This document shows, one piece after another, positions 38,188-47,316 of a stretch of DNA of 54,785 nt. Both the position numbers and the translations under genes were made by a program. Position 1 is the stretch's first letter; each line of letters begins with the position of its first letter. The notes under the pieces were generated by a model. The model worked only from the letters and a program-made list of their open reading frames with translations, searched no databases and had not been told where the DNA came from. The DNA comes from a virus (Duplodnaviria > Caudoviricetes): IMG/VR virus record IMGVR_UViG_3300032241_002057, positions 1 through 54,785 of that record, one strand, 5' to 3'.

Positions 38188-39963
38188 GTGCTAACTTTGA
38201 AAAATGTGACCATGAGAAATTTTATGTCAATTGGTGCAGTAACACAAACTGTAGAGTTAGATAAAAATGGTTTAACACTTGTTCTTGGTGAAAATTTAGA
38301 TCTAGGTGGTAATGGATCTCGTAACGGTGTAGGTAAGTCGAGTTTGTTGCAAGCAATCTCATATGGGTTGTACGGACAAAGTCTAACCAATATTAAAATC
38401 AATAATCTCATCAATCATATTAATCAAAAGAACATGATGGTTGCTATCGAATTCGAAAAAGATGGTCACAATTATCGAATTGAACGAGGCAGGAAACCAA
38501 ATTTTTTCCGTTATGTAGTAGATAATGCCAATGTCGACGAAAGTACTGACGAAGCTCAGGGAGAGAATAGAGAAACTCAAAAAGAAATTGATCAATTGCT
38601 TGGTATGAGTCATTCTCTATTCAAACATATCGTTGCATTAAATACATATACTGAACCATTTCTTAGCATGGGTGCTCCTAAACAACGAGAAATCATCGAA
38701 GAATTATTAGGTATAACTCTTCTAAGTCAAAAAGCAGAAAATCTTAAAGAATTAATCAAAACTACCAAAAATGCTATAGAACAAGAAGAGTTTCGTATTA
38801 GAACTATAAAACAAAGTAATGATCGAATAAGAACGCACATAGAAGATATTGCTCGTAAAGCTGATGATTGGGATTTCAAACAGAACAAAATTATTAATGA
38901 TCTAGGTAACGCTATTGCAAATCTCGAAACTCTAGATATAGATATTGAATTACAATCTCATAGGGATTTAGAACTTTACAATAAACTTGTGGCATCTAAA
39001 ACTCAGGTAACCAGAGATTTATCTATGAAAAATCGTCACTTACAGCAAATAACGCAACATCTTACTAGCGCATTATCTAATTATGACCGCACAATTAATC
39101 ATGAATGTCCCACGTGCGGCCAAGAAATACATGACGACGAACACAACAGAATACGTAATGATTTAGAATGTAAAATTGTAGAATTAGACGCACAAGTAAA
39201 TGCTGAGCAATCAGAAGTCAACGCTAGCAAAGCGCAGCTTGACGAAATAGAGTCGACGTTAATCGCAATGTCTAAACCAACTACAGTTTATTCTAACTTT
39301 GAAGAAGCGTTAAACCATCGTAACACGCTTGATCAATTGATTAAAGAGTTAGAACGAGAACTTCAAAGTGTTAATCCATATAGGGATCAAAAAAATAGCT
39401 TGTCCGATACTATGCAAGAAGTTGCATATGACAACCTCAACAAGATGGTTAAAAATAGAGAACATCAAGAATTCCTGTTGAAATTATTAACAAACAAAGA
39501 CAGTTTTATACGTAAAAGGATTATTGATCAGAATCTAGCTTATCTCAATATACGACTTAATGAATATCTTGATAAGCTTGGTCTACCGCATCAAATTAAA
39601 TTTGTTAATGATTTGTCAGTTGAAATTAGCTTGCTTGGCCAAGATTTAGATTGGGGAAATTTATCGAGAGGTGAATCTACAAGATTAGTTTTAGCTCTTA
39701 GTTGGGCTTTTAGAGATGTATTCGAAAATATTACACATGCAATCAATTTAGTATTTGTGGATGAATTGTTAGACAGCGGAATGGATCCACAAGGGCTCGA
39801 AGGATCTGTTGGTGTACTTAAAAAAATGGAACGCGAGCGTAATAAGAATGTATTTGTAATATCGCATCGAGAGGAATTATCAAGCAGAGTTTCTAATATC
39901 TTGACGGTTTTAAAAGAGAATAGTTTCTCTTCGTTTAGCTGGGATTATACTCCGACTGTTTGA
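38188..39963 (+). CDS. recombination ATPase subunit (gp46/SbcC/Rad50-like)
   Basis: Walker A NGVGKS, CPTC zinc hook in a coiled coil, LSRGE signature, VFVDE, ISH. Confidence 0.92.
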   Translation: MLTLKNVTMRNFMSIGAVTQTVELDKNGLTLVLGENLDLGGNGSRNGVGKSSLLQAISYGLYGQSLTNIKINNLINHINQKNMMVAIEFEKDGHNYRIERGRKPNFFRYVVDNANVDESTDEAQGENRETQKEIDQLLGMSHSLFKHIVALNTYTEPFLSMGAPKQREIIEELLGITLLSQKAENLKELIKTTKNAIEQEEFRIRTIKQSNDRIRTHIEDIARKADDWDFKQNKIINDLGNAIANLETLDIDIELQSHRDLELYNKLVASKTQVTRDLSMKNRHLQQITQHLTSALSNYDRTINHECPTCGQEIHDDEHNRIRNDLECKIVELDAQVNAEQSEVNASKAQLDEIESTLIAMSKPTTVYSNFEEALNHRNTLDQLIKELERELQSVNPYRDQKNSLSDTMQEVAYDNLNKMVKNREHQEFLLKLLTNKDSFIRKRIIDQNLAYLNIRLNEYLDKLGLPHQIKFVNDLSVEISLLGQDLDWGNLSRGESTRLVLALSWAFRDVFENITHAINLVFVDELLDSGMDPQGLEGSVGVLKKMERERNKNVFVISHREELSSRVSNILTVLKENSFSSFSWDYTPTV

Positions 39964-40457
39964 ACTAATTCAAATATTTCGTCACGATTGTCTGTAAAAA
40001 ATTTCTCAAAATCGGTAATTATGTTTGTTTGATAACGAACATGATCGTCAATTTTAAATTTATCTAACAATAATTTGTCAAATACAACAAAACTACCTTT
40101 GTGATTGATACGAAAGACTACTACCCAAAAATCTCCATCATCTGCACTGGTTTTTGCTTGCTCTATCCATTTATCTAATAGCGGTACTGCAACGTTTTTG
40201 AATAAATTATGAAATGGAAAATCTGAATAAAATTTAGATTCAATTACAAGTTTACGCATATTACTAGGAGGTATTAGATCTGCTTTGAATGTTGCTATTT
40301 GTCCTTCATCTAGAGATGCCTTACGGAAACGATTAGAACCTCCCAAAAATGCTCCACTGTTAGGCACACGAATAAATTTTGATCCATATAGCTTTGTTAG
40401 AAAATCAGCAATCTTTCTTTCGCCGTTATTCCCTTTGGCCTTACCTTTGGTACTCAT
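39945..40457 (-). CDS. Holliday junction resolvase (PD-(D/E)xK)
   Basis: KAKGNNGER, RVPNSGA, ADL, IESK, WIEQA. Confidence 0.75.
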   Translation of the reverse strand: MSTKGKAKGNNGERKIADFLTKLYGSKFIRVPNSGAFLGGSNRFRKASLDEGQIATFKADLIPPSNMRKLVIESKFYSDFPFHNLFKNVAVPLLDKWIEQAKTSADDGDFWVVVFRINHKGSFVVFDKLLLDKFKIDDHVRYQTNIITDFEKFFTDNRDEIFELVQTVGV

Positions 40458-40506
40458 GTGTTCTCCTACTTATCATTTTTGTATTTAAGCAACATTTAAC
40501 TGCCTG

Positions 40507-40535
40507 TTGACTTTTTATTATGGTAACATTACACT
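40507..40535 (+). promoter_or_regulatory. sigma70-type promoter
   Basis: TTGACT-17-TACACT, ending 9 nt before the ATG at 40545. Confidence 0.55.
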
Positions 40536-40544
40536 TAATATATT

Positions 40545-41351
40545 ATGAAGCAGCAAACAAAGAGAACATATTCTCGTAACACTAACGACCTAAAGCCGAA
40601 GATAGTATATCCGAAAAACTTTGAAATTGACATCGAGCCTAAACTGGCTGCCGATCTTTCTTATTTTATAAAGCAAGAATTAGGTTATTATAATTCTTTG
40701 ATCGATTTGCTTTCACCTCGTTTACGTGCATATCCAAAAGATATTCTGAATATAAAAGAGAGAGAGAAGAGTCTCTGGGACTCGTGTGCAGAATACGCAA
40801 TTGATCCTCAGAAATTACTTGATCAACCGTTTGAAACCTGGCCGAAACATCTGCATCATATGCATCATATGTTATATGACATTAACGAGAAAATCAAAAT
40901 TTCACCAGCACATATAAACATTTGCAGTATCGCATCTACACCTGCGAGATTGCATGCTGTAGTTCGCAAGGCAATTGCGTCTGAAATATTAAAATACATG
41001 GTTAATCAAGCTGATATATTATTATCTGCAGTGAAAACTGATGTTATGCGAGCTCCGATGCAAATGTTGCAAACGCATACAATTGATACTAAACGGCATT
41101 TACAAATACCAAAGAGTTTGATAAAAATTACCTATAACGAGTCTGAAAATTCATCAGATATCAGTATTCCTTATAGTAAAACTGCAATTACGGTGCCATA
41201 TTATGATCTCAGGCCAGTTGCATTCAAACTTTTAATTATTCGTGCTCCTCATCCTACATCAACTAATCAAAAATGGCAACTTGATTTTAGAGACAGTCCT
41301 GCCGCATATTTATTGTCTATAACTGATCCAGTAGAACGTAAACGTAGATAA
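40545..41351 (+). CDS. hypothetical protein, possibly a TnpB-like REC/WED module without RuvC
   Basis: 268-aa ORF with its own promoter and terminator; by-eye similarity to the N-terminal half of TnpB (see findings). The ORF is secure, the homology tentative. Confidence 0.55.
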   Translation: MKQQTKRTYSRNTNDLKPKIVYPKNFEIDIEPKLAADLSYFIKQELGYYNSLIDLLSPRLRAYPKDILNIKEREKSLWDSCAEYAIDPQKLLDQPFETWPKHLHHMHHMLYDINEKIKISPAHINICSIASTPARLHAVVRKAIASEILKYMVNQADILLSAVKTDVMRAPMQMLQTHTIDTKRHLQIPKSLIKITYNESENSSDISIPYSKTAITVPYYDLRPVAFKLLIIRAPHPTSTNQKWQLDFRDSPAAYLLSITDPVERKRR

Positions 41352-41383
41352 TAGAAGCTGATACATCATATCAGCTTCTATTA
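41349..41383. terminator. bidirectional hairpin between convergent genes
   Basis: Perfect 15-bp inverted repeat TAATAGAAGCTGATA / TATCAGCTTCTATTA with a 5-nt loop; includes both stop codons. Confidence 0.7.
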
Positions 41384-41572
41384 TAACATACCGCCTTTTT
41401 TCTTTGGATCCATTGATTCATAATGTTTTTGTATAACTTTTGACAATATTTCTCGTTGTTCAAACGATAACATATGAGCTTCATTAAAATTTAATCCGCC
41501 TTGCATATAAAATGCTAGCATCGCAAGTTCATGAACAATTGCCTTGCGATTTTTTTCCATTGTATCTAGCAT
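41381..41572 (-). CDS. gp51-like hub assembly protein (possibly made as a -1 frameshift extension)
   Basis: FYMQGGLNFNEAHMLSFEQRE motif; no SD; frame is open back to 41614. Confidence 0.65.
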   Translation of the reverse strand: MLDTMEKNRKAIVHELAMLAFYMQGGLNFNEAHMLSFEQREILSKVIQKHYESMDPKKKGGML

Positions 41573-41598
41573 TTTCGTTATTAATTCTGGATCGCCCG

Positions 41599-42453
41599 TT
41601 AAGAGCGTTTGCCGAAAAAACTTGATGGATCAAATGCCAATACATCCTCCCATACATGTCCGCAGCTATTACATTGAATAGTTAGTTGTTTTGGTACACC
41701 TATCTTATTGATTTTATCTACTGCTTCGATTACCATATCTGCTTGAGATTTACTGATACCCATTAACCATTCATTAATATGGTCTCTATCGGTAACCGTG
41801 GTGTTACTTTTAATTAAAACAATTTTCTCAATGCTGCGACTAACAAGGGAAAAGGTTAATCTACTTAACCTTTCGACACTTTCTGCTAAAAGACTTGCTT
41901 TGTCTATATCATCGATATTTTCGCCTTGAGCATTTATTGCGCGAAACGCCTTCTCTTCTTCAAATTCTCTTCTAAGAAAAATTTGACGCATTTCAAAATC
42001 ATAAGGAGTCACGTACACTACAAGATCGTCTCCGAATCTTATAGTTAACTCGCTCTCGTCAATATATGTCATCGTATCTAGCAATGCTTGACAATTCATT
42101 TCGAATGTATTTTCTGCTTTGCATGCAGGACAAATTCTGTCATAGTCCATTTTACCGCCATTGCTAGCTGATTTAATAGCAACAAACAACGCTTCTAAAT
42201 CTGGTAACATAAATCGTTTTACATTTTTAATACTTGGTGCACAATCGGTTACAACCTTTTCTAATGCTTGTCCGTTTAACATAGCATCTGGAGTGTTCAG
42301 CATAATATCATTTAATGCATTTAGCGGATATACCGCTATTTGTTTGTCATCGGTTGTTTCTACAACTTCGGAATTATACCAGCGACCCTGAGTCGGTAAA
42401 TTTAAATAAAGCGCCGGTTGCCGGAAAAATTGTTGAAGCGGATTCTGAGACAT
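41599..42453 (-). CDS. baseplate hub assembly protein (gp26-like)
   Basis: NPLQQFFRQP..LPTQG, TPDAMLNG, CPAC and CNSC, C-terminal SFF. Confidence 0.8.
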   Translation of the reverse strand: MSQNPLQQFFRQPALYLNLPTQGRWYNSEVVETTDDKQIAVYPLNALNDIMLNTPDAMLNGQALEKVVTDCAPSIKNVKRFMLPDLEALFVAIKSASNGGKMDYDRICPACKAENTFEMNCQALLDTMTYIDESELTIRFGDDLVVYVTPYDFEMRQIFLRREFEEEKAFRAINAQGENIDDIDKASLLAESVERLSRLTFSLVSRSIEKIVLIKSNTTVTDRDHINEWLMGISKSQADMVIEAVDKINKIGVPKQLTIQCNSCGHVWEDVLAFDPSSFFGKRS

Positions 42454-42462
42454 TCTTACCTC

Positions 42463-42490
42463 TATAAATATAAATGTATATGCATATTTA
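42463..42490. promoter_or_regulatory. divergent late promoters
   Basis: TATAAATA on + at 42463-42470 (towards tape measure) and TAAATA on - at 42485-42490 (towards gp26-like). Confidence 0.65.
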
Positions 42491-42533
42491 CCACTATTAA
42501 AATGGTGCTTAGTTAAGTGTTGAAAGAAAGTTT

Positions 42534-45122
42534 ATGACTCAAGATGTAAACATTGCAAGCGTAGCCGGTCGCGGATATCCTCCAGCATGGGCAACTGAAA
42601 ATACCTTAGCAAATATCGCAAATTCATCTGATAAGAGTATGCAATATTTGAAAATTATCGGCAGAGAGTTAGCATCAGATAGCGACCATTTGTTAGCAGA
42701 AATTAGAAAAATAGCCGGAGAATTAAAAGACGGGCATGAAGAGAATAAAAAAACTGATTTAGATGATAAAAACAATTCAGAAGAAAATATAAAGGAACTA
42801 AGAAATCTAAATAAAGCTCAACGCGACAGTATTCTAGCACTACGTTCAACGACAGATAGTAAATCACTTTTCGGTAATATTAAAGCTGGTTTAAACTCAG
42901 TTGGATATCAAATGAAATTTATGAACCATCCTTTAGCCGACATGATTACAGGATTTGGTGTAGTTGCTGGTGTTGTTGACGAGCTTTGGCATAAAATAGT
43001 AGATTTGAACAAATCATGGGAATCGTTGTATGCTACAGGATTGATATTTGATAATGGCATGAACGGATTAATTTCTGCAGCTAACAATGCCGGAATGACT
43101 GTTGAAAATTTTTCAAAAATGCTTACAAAATTTGGAGCTGTTGCTGGTACCTTGGGGGTAAAAAGATTATCAGATCTCAATAAACAATTTCTTGACAATA
43201 CTAAAAGTGGATCAGAACTTATGATGACACAAGAAGAGGCTAATGAAGCCTTTCTTGGAACTGTAGAATTAATGAGAAGTTCTGGAAAATTAACCTCTAT
43301 GAGCGACAAAGAAATAGTCGAAAGTGGAAAAAATTTACTAAAAAATTATAATGAGTTGGCAGAAGCAACAGGGCGTAACCGAGACGAAATTGCAAAAAGT
43401 ACACAGGATATTATTCGAGAATCAAATGTGAATGTATTATCGAGATTAATACCTAAAGAACAACAGGAACAATTTCAAAAACAAATAGCAGGTTATGCTG
43501 CTGCATTTGGAGATAGCGGCAAAGAATTAGCATCAGCGTCGGCGCAAATTCGTCTAGCTGGCGGCAGTATGGGTACACTGACAGGTGACATGGCAACCAT
43601 TGTTAATCAAGTCCCGGGTTTATATGATGCGTTAAATGCCACCGACACTGATGCACCTAAACGGGCTGCAATGGCATTTGGTCATATGGATCCTCAAGCA
43701 GTTGCCGATTTAATGGTACAATTTCCAGAAGCAGGTAAATGGATCAACGAAATGACTCAAAAAGGTCAAGCTTTGGTCGAAATACAAGATTTACAAGCAA
43801 AGCAAGATGCAGGTACATTGACTGAAAAAGAAAGACAACGAAAATTAGATTTAGAATCTCAACAAAAAATATTAGAAGCACACAGCAAAGTAAATGCTGC
43901 TATGGCCAATTTTCAAAATTCGATTGGCCGTGTTGCTATGTCGTTCTCGCATTTATTGATGCCGGCGATCAAGTTATTATCAACAACATTTGATGCAATC
44001 TCGTGGACAATTGACAAGGTATCTGACTTGTTTGACGGGATTTCCAACACAATAAGTGGTTGGTTAAAAAGTCTCAATATCGATGACAATGCTGCAGATA
44101 TCGCAGGATCAGCCGGTGCTGCAATTGGTATTGGAGTAATTGGCACATCAGTTTTAAAATGGCTTATGGGGGCAGGCGGCGGCCTTTTTACCCGTATGCT
44201 ATCTTGGGGTCCATTTGGGAAAATCAGTGGATTATTGTCTAAGACAGCAGGAGTTGCCGGAAAAGCAGGCGGCGGTATACTAGGGGGTATTGGCGACGGC
44301 ATAGGAAAAATAGGAAAAGGTTTAGGGGGTTTAGGAAAAGGTGTAGGTGTAGTTATAGAATCGATATTAGGGGGGTTAGCAGCAGGTTTAATAGCATTTG
44401 CTAATCCTGAAATACTTTTAGGTGCTGCGATTCTATCTGCATCTATAGCAATATTAGGAGCGGGTATATCTGGTGCAATATGGATAATAAGTAAATCATT
44501 GCCGTCGTTAGCAGATGGCATGCAATCTTTTGCAAATTTAGATGGTTCTGCATTGATATTAGCCGGAAAAGGTATGGTTGCAATTGGTGCAGGACTCGTT
44601 GCTATGACTGCTGGTACTGTGATTGATGGTTTAGGAGGCTTGATAACGGGTATAACTGGTTTATTTAAAGAAGATCCTATTGATAAGCTCAAAAAATTTG
44701 CAAGTGTCGGCGAACCGTTAAAATTAGCAGCAGATGCTTTGCAATTGCTTGCAGATTCTATGCCAAAAGCAATCAATGCAATTTCTAGTCTTAATAATGT
44801 AGATTTTTCTGGTATGGATAAATTGCGTGCATCTTTAGCACCTATTCCTACTCAATCTACTGGATTTTTATCGTCGCTGTCTAATTTGGTATCAGGAACC
44901 GCACCTATTAACAATGCTGGTATAGAATCTCCTACAGTTCCTACTACAAATATAGATCGAGCTGCTATTGATTACTACGAAAAAAGCACCAAACAGTTTG
45001 CTAGAATGATAGAATTGTTAGAAATTGCAAATGGTCATGCGTCTAAATTAGTAGATGTGAATCAGGACGGACATAGCGACGTAGTTGATGCTATAACAGC
45101 GGCAAGCGGATCGATATTCTAA
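42534..45122 (+). CDS. tape measure protein (putative)
   Basis: 862 aa, helical A/G/L-rich with Gly-rich hydrophobic segments; next to the chaperone-like genes. Confidence 0.7.
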   Translation: MTQDVNIASVAGRGYPPAWATENTLANIANSSDKSMQYLKIIGRELASDSDHLLAEIRKIAGELKDGHEENKKTDLDDKNNSEENIKELRNLNKAQRDSILALRSTTDSKSLFGNIKAGLNSVGYQMKFMNHPLADMITGFGVVAGVVDELWHKIVDLNKSWESLYATGLIFDNGMNGLISAANNAGMTVENFSKMLTKFGAVAGTLGVKRLSDLNKQFLDNTKSGSELMMTQEEANEAFLGTVELMRSSGKLTSMSDKEIVESGKNLLKNYNELAEATGRNRDEIAKSTQDIIRESNVNVLSRLIPKEQQEQFQKQIAGYAAAFGDSGKELASASAQIRLAGGSMGTLTGDMATIVNQVPGLYDALNATDTDAPKRAAMAFGHMDPQAVADLMVQFPEAGKWINEMTQKGQALVEIQDLQAKQDAGTLTEKERQRKLDLESQQKILEAHSKVNAAMANFQNSIGRVAMSFSHLLMPAIKLLSTTFDAISWTIDKVSDLFDGISNTISGWLKSLNIDDNAADIAGSAGAAIGIGVIGTSVLKWLMGAGGGLFTRMLSWGPFGKISGLLSKTAGVAGKAGGGILGGIGDGIGKIGKGLGGLGKGVGVVIESILGGLAAGLIAFANPEILLGAAILSASIAILGAGISGAIWIISKSLPSLADGMQSFANLDGSALILAGKGMVAIGAGLVAMTAGTVIDGLGGLITGITGLFKEDPIDKLKKFASVGEPLKLAADALQLLADSMPKAINAISSLNNVDFSGMDKLRASLAPIPTQSTGFLSSLSNLVSGTAPINNAGIESPTVPTTNIDRAAIDYYEKSTKQFARMIELLEIANGHASKLVDVNQDGHSDVVDAITAASGSIF

Positions 45123-45288
45123 TCGTTTAAGCTAAAACCTGTTAAATATTGTACAGAATTTGTGTTGTCATATATCTCTCTTTGGATTAATAAAGAGGAT
45201 TTTGATCCGTAATTTTGTCAGATTAACAATCTCATTTATCATTTACTCGATTTAACGATAAATACCAGTTATATAAGGAAGTTTGTTT

Positions 45289-47067
45289 ATGTCAACATGG
45301 AAAAAATATTTTTCTGCAGTACCAACTCAATCAAAGTTGAATCAACGATTATCTAATAGCAATACCAATGCAGGAACAAATGCCGGTTCCGGAGCAAAAT
45401 ATTCCAGTTTTCTGCCAGAGGTATATAGTGGTGCGCCTAATAGAGTTGAAAGATATATTTCTTATGAGCAAATGGACCTCGACAGCGAAATTAGTAAAGG
45501 TTTAGATATAATTTCCGATTATTCTGTTCAAAATTACGAAGCTAATGAACAACCGTTTCAAATTATATACAACGATAGTATGACGGAAACAGAGATTACT
45601 TTATTGAAAGATATGCTAAGACAATGGTGCAAACTCAATAGATGGCATCAAAGGCTTTGGCGTGCATTTCGCAATACGTTAAAATACGGTGATCAGATTT
45701 TTATTAGAGATCCGGAAACCTTCAAATTAATTTGGGTAGATCCTGCAAAAGTTGAAAAAATCATAGTAAATGAAGATAAAGGTAAATCAGCCGAACAATA
45801 TGTAATAAAAGATATAGATTTGAACCTACAAACTCTTGTTGGTACAAATATGCTAATTCATGACCAATATAGCTTCCCAGGCGGTTATCCTCGTAGTTCA
45901 AATCCTGCCGCGGGAGCCGGAACTGTTAATTACGGAATATCTAGCAGTCCTGGTAGTAGAACAAGTAGATTTGATTTACAGCCAAATCAATTGGCGATTG
46001 ATTCTACCCATATAGTACATTTGAGTTTAAGTGAAGGTATGGATAGCCAATGGCCGTTTGGCACTTCGATATTAGAAAGCATTTATAAGGTTTATAAACA
46101 AAAAGATCTTCTTGAAGATTGTATTTTGATTTATCGTGTTGTTCGAGCACCAGAACGCAGAGTCTTTTATATTGATACAGGAAGTTTAAGTGGCCCTCGT
46201 GCTCAGCAGGTTATTGAGCGTATGAAAAATGAAATTTATCAACGTAGAATTCCAAATAGAACTGGCGGTGGTCAATCAATTTTGGATGCAGCATACAGCC
46301 CTATTGCTATAAATGAAGATTTTTTCCTTGCAACTAATAGCGAGGGTAAAGGAACAAAGATCGAAACATTACCAGGTGGTGAAAATCTTGGTCAAATCGA
46401 TGATTTAAAATACTTTAATAATAAAATGATTAGAGGTTTAGGTATTCCCAGTAGCTATCTACCAACAGGACCAGAAGATGGTACAACTGCTTATGTAGAT
46501 GGTAAAGTAGGTACCGCATATGTACAAGAATTTCGTTTTGCTAAAGTATGCCAACGTTTACAAAATCTCATGGATCCAGTTCTAGATAAAGAATTTAAAT
46601 TATATGTTAAGTCGCGAGGCATCGAGATTGAAAGTGATATGTACGAATTAAAGATGTGGGAACCTCAAAGTTTTTCACAATACAGGCAAATGGCACTTGA
46701 TTCGGAACAAATCACAGTTTTCACCAGTCTTATGCAAACAGAGGCAGCAAAATATATCAGTAAGAGATTTGCATTAAAAAGATATCTTAGCTGGACAGAC
46801 GAAGATATACTTGAAAACGAAAAAATGTGGAAAGAAGAAAACACCAAAAAGGTTAAAGATAAACTTGGTGTCAAAATGGGCAGCGACAATGCTCCGGGAT
46901 TAAATGCAGTTGGCATTCGTCCGCCGCCAGAGGAAGCAGTTCAAACACCAGAGGAAGTACCTCCAGAGGAAGGTGCCACCCCTGCAACGCCAGAAACACC
47001 AGCTGCTCCAGCAGCAGGAGGTGTTGCTGCCACCCCTGCTAATGCATTAGGCGAACCAACAACATAA
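45289..47067 (+). CDS. portal protein (gp20-like)
   Basis: KYGDQ, LEDCILIYRVVRAPERRVFYIDTG, EDFF, IETLPGGENLG; ATAAATA at 45258-45264; start is 45283 TTG or 45289 ATG. Confidence 0.93.
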   Translation: MSTWKKYFSAVPTQSKLNQRLSNSNTNAGTNAGSGAKYSSFLPEVYSGAPNRVERYISYEQMDLDSEISKGLDIISDYSVQNYEANEQPFQIIYNDSMTETEITLLKDMLRQWCKLNRWHQRLWRAFRNTLKYGDQIFIRDPETFKLIWVDPAKVEKIIVNEDKGKSAEQYVIKDIDLNLQTLVGTNMLIHDQYSFPGGYPRSSNPAAGAGTVNYGISSSPGSRTSRFDLQPNQLAIDSTHIVHLSLSEGMDSQWPFGTSILESIYKVYKQKDLLEDCILIYRVVRAPERRVFYIDTGSLSGPRAQQVIERMKNEIYQRRIPNRTGGGQSILDAAYSPIAINEDFFLATNSEGKGTKIETLPGGENLGQIDDLKYFNNKMIRGLGIPSSYLPTGPEDGTTAYVDGKVGTAYVQEFRFAKVCQRLQNLMDPVLDKEFKLYVKSRGIEIESDMYELKMWEPQSFSQYRQMALDSEQITVFTSLMQTEAAKYISKRFALKRYLSWTDEDILENEKMWKEENTKKVKDKLGVKMGSDNAPGLNAVGIRPPPEEAVQTPEEVPPEEGATPATPETPAAPAAGGVAATPANALGEPTT

Positions 47068-47091
47068 TAAATATCATCTGAGAGGACCATT

Positions 47092-47316
47092 ATGAACGCT
47101 AACGAGCTAGACCCAACTTATAGAGATGATAATAACGACAAAATCATGCAACGTAATGTTAATGATTCACGCAAGCCAACTATCACCCTTGTACATCTCA
47201 ACAAATTGAAAAAGATGAGAGCTGCAAAAGATCTTGAAAATTTAATGCGAGGTGATTTCTTAGAAATTATCTACGGTGCACCAGAAGAGGCCGGCGGCGA
47301 AGTAGGTGGTATCTAA
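47092..47316 (+). CDS. small head-region protein
   Basis: RKPTITLVHLNKLKKMR; GAGG SD; TAAATA at 47068. Confidence 0.65.
   Translation: MNANELDPTYRDDNNDKIMQRNVNDSRKPTITLVHLNKLKKMRAAKDLENLMRGDFLEIIYGAPEEAGGEVGGI

Noticed and set aside
41349-41383. Hairpin as an IS end or omegaRNA remnant for the TnpB-like ORF (shares GAAGCTG with the IS right end)
   Set aside because: The match is short, there is no TCAC/TCAA terminus, and a bidirectional terminator explains it.
43913-44776. 287-aa antisense ORF and other short antisense ORFs in the track
   Set aside because: They are shadows of well-supported genes on the opposite strand, with no SD or recognisable motifs.
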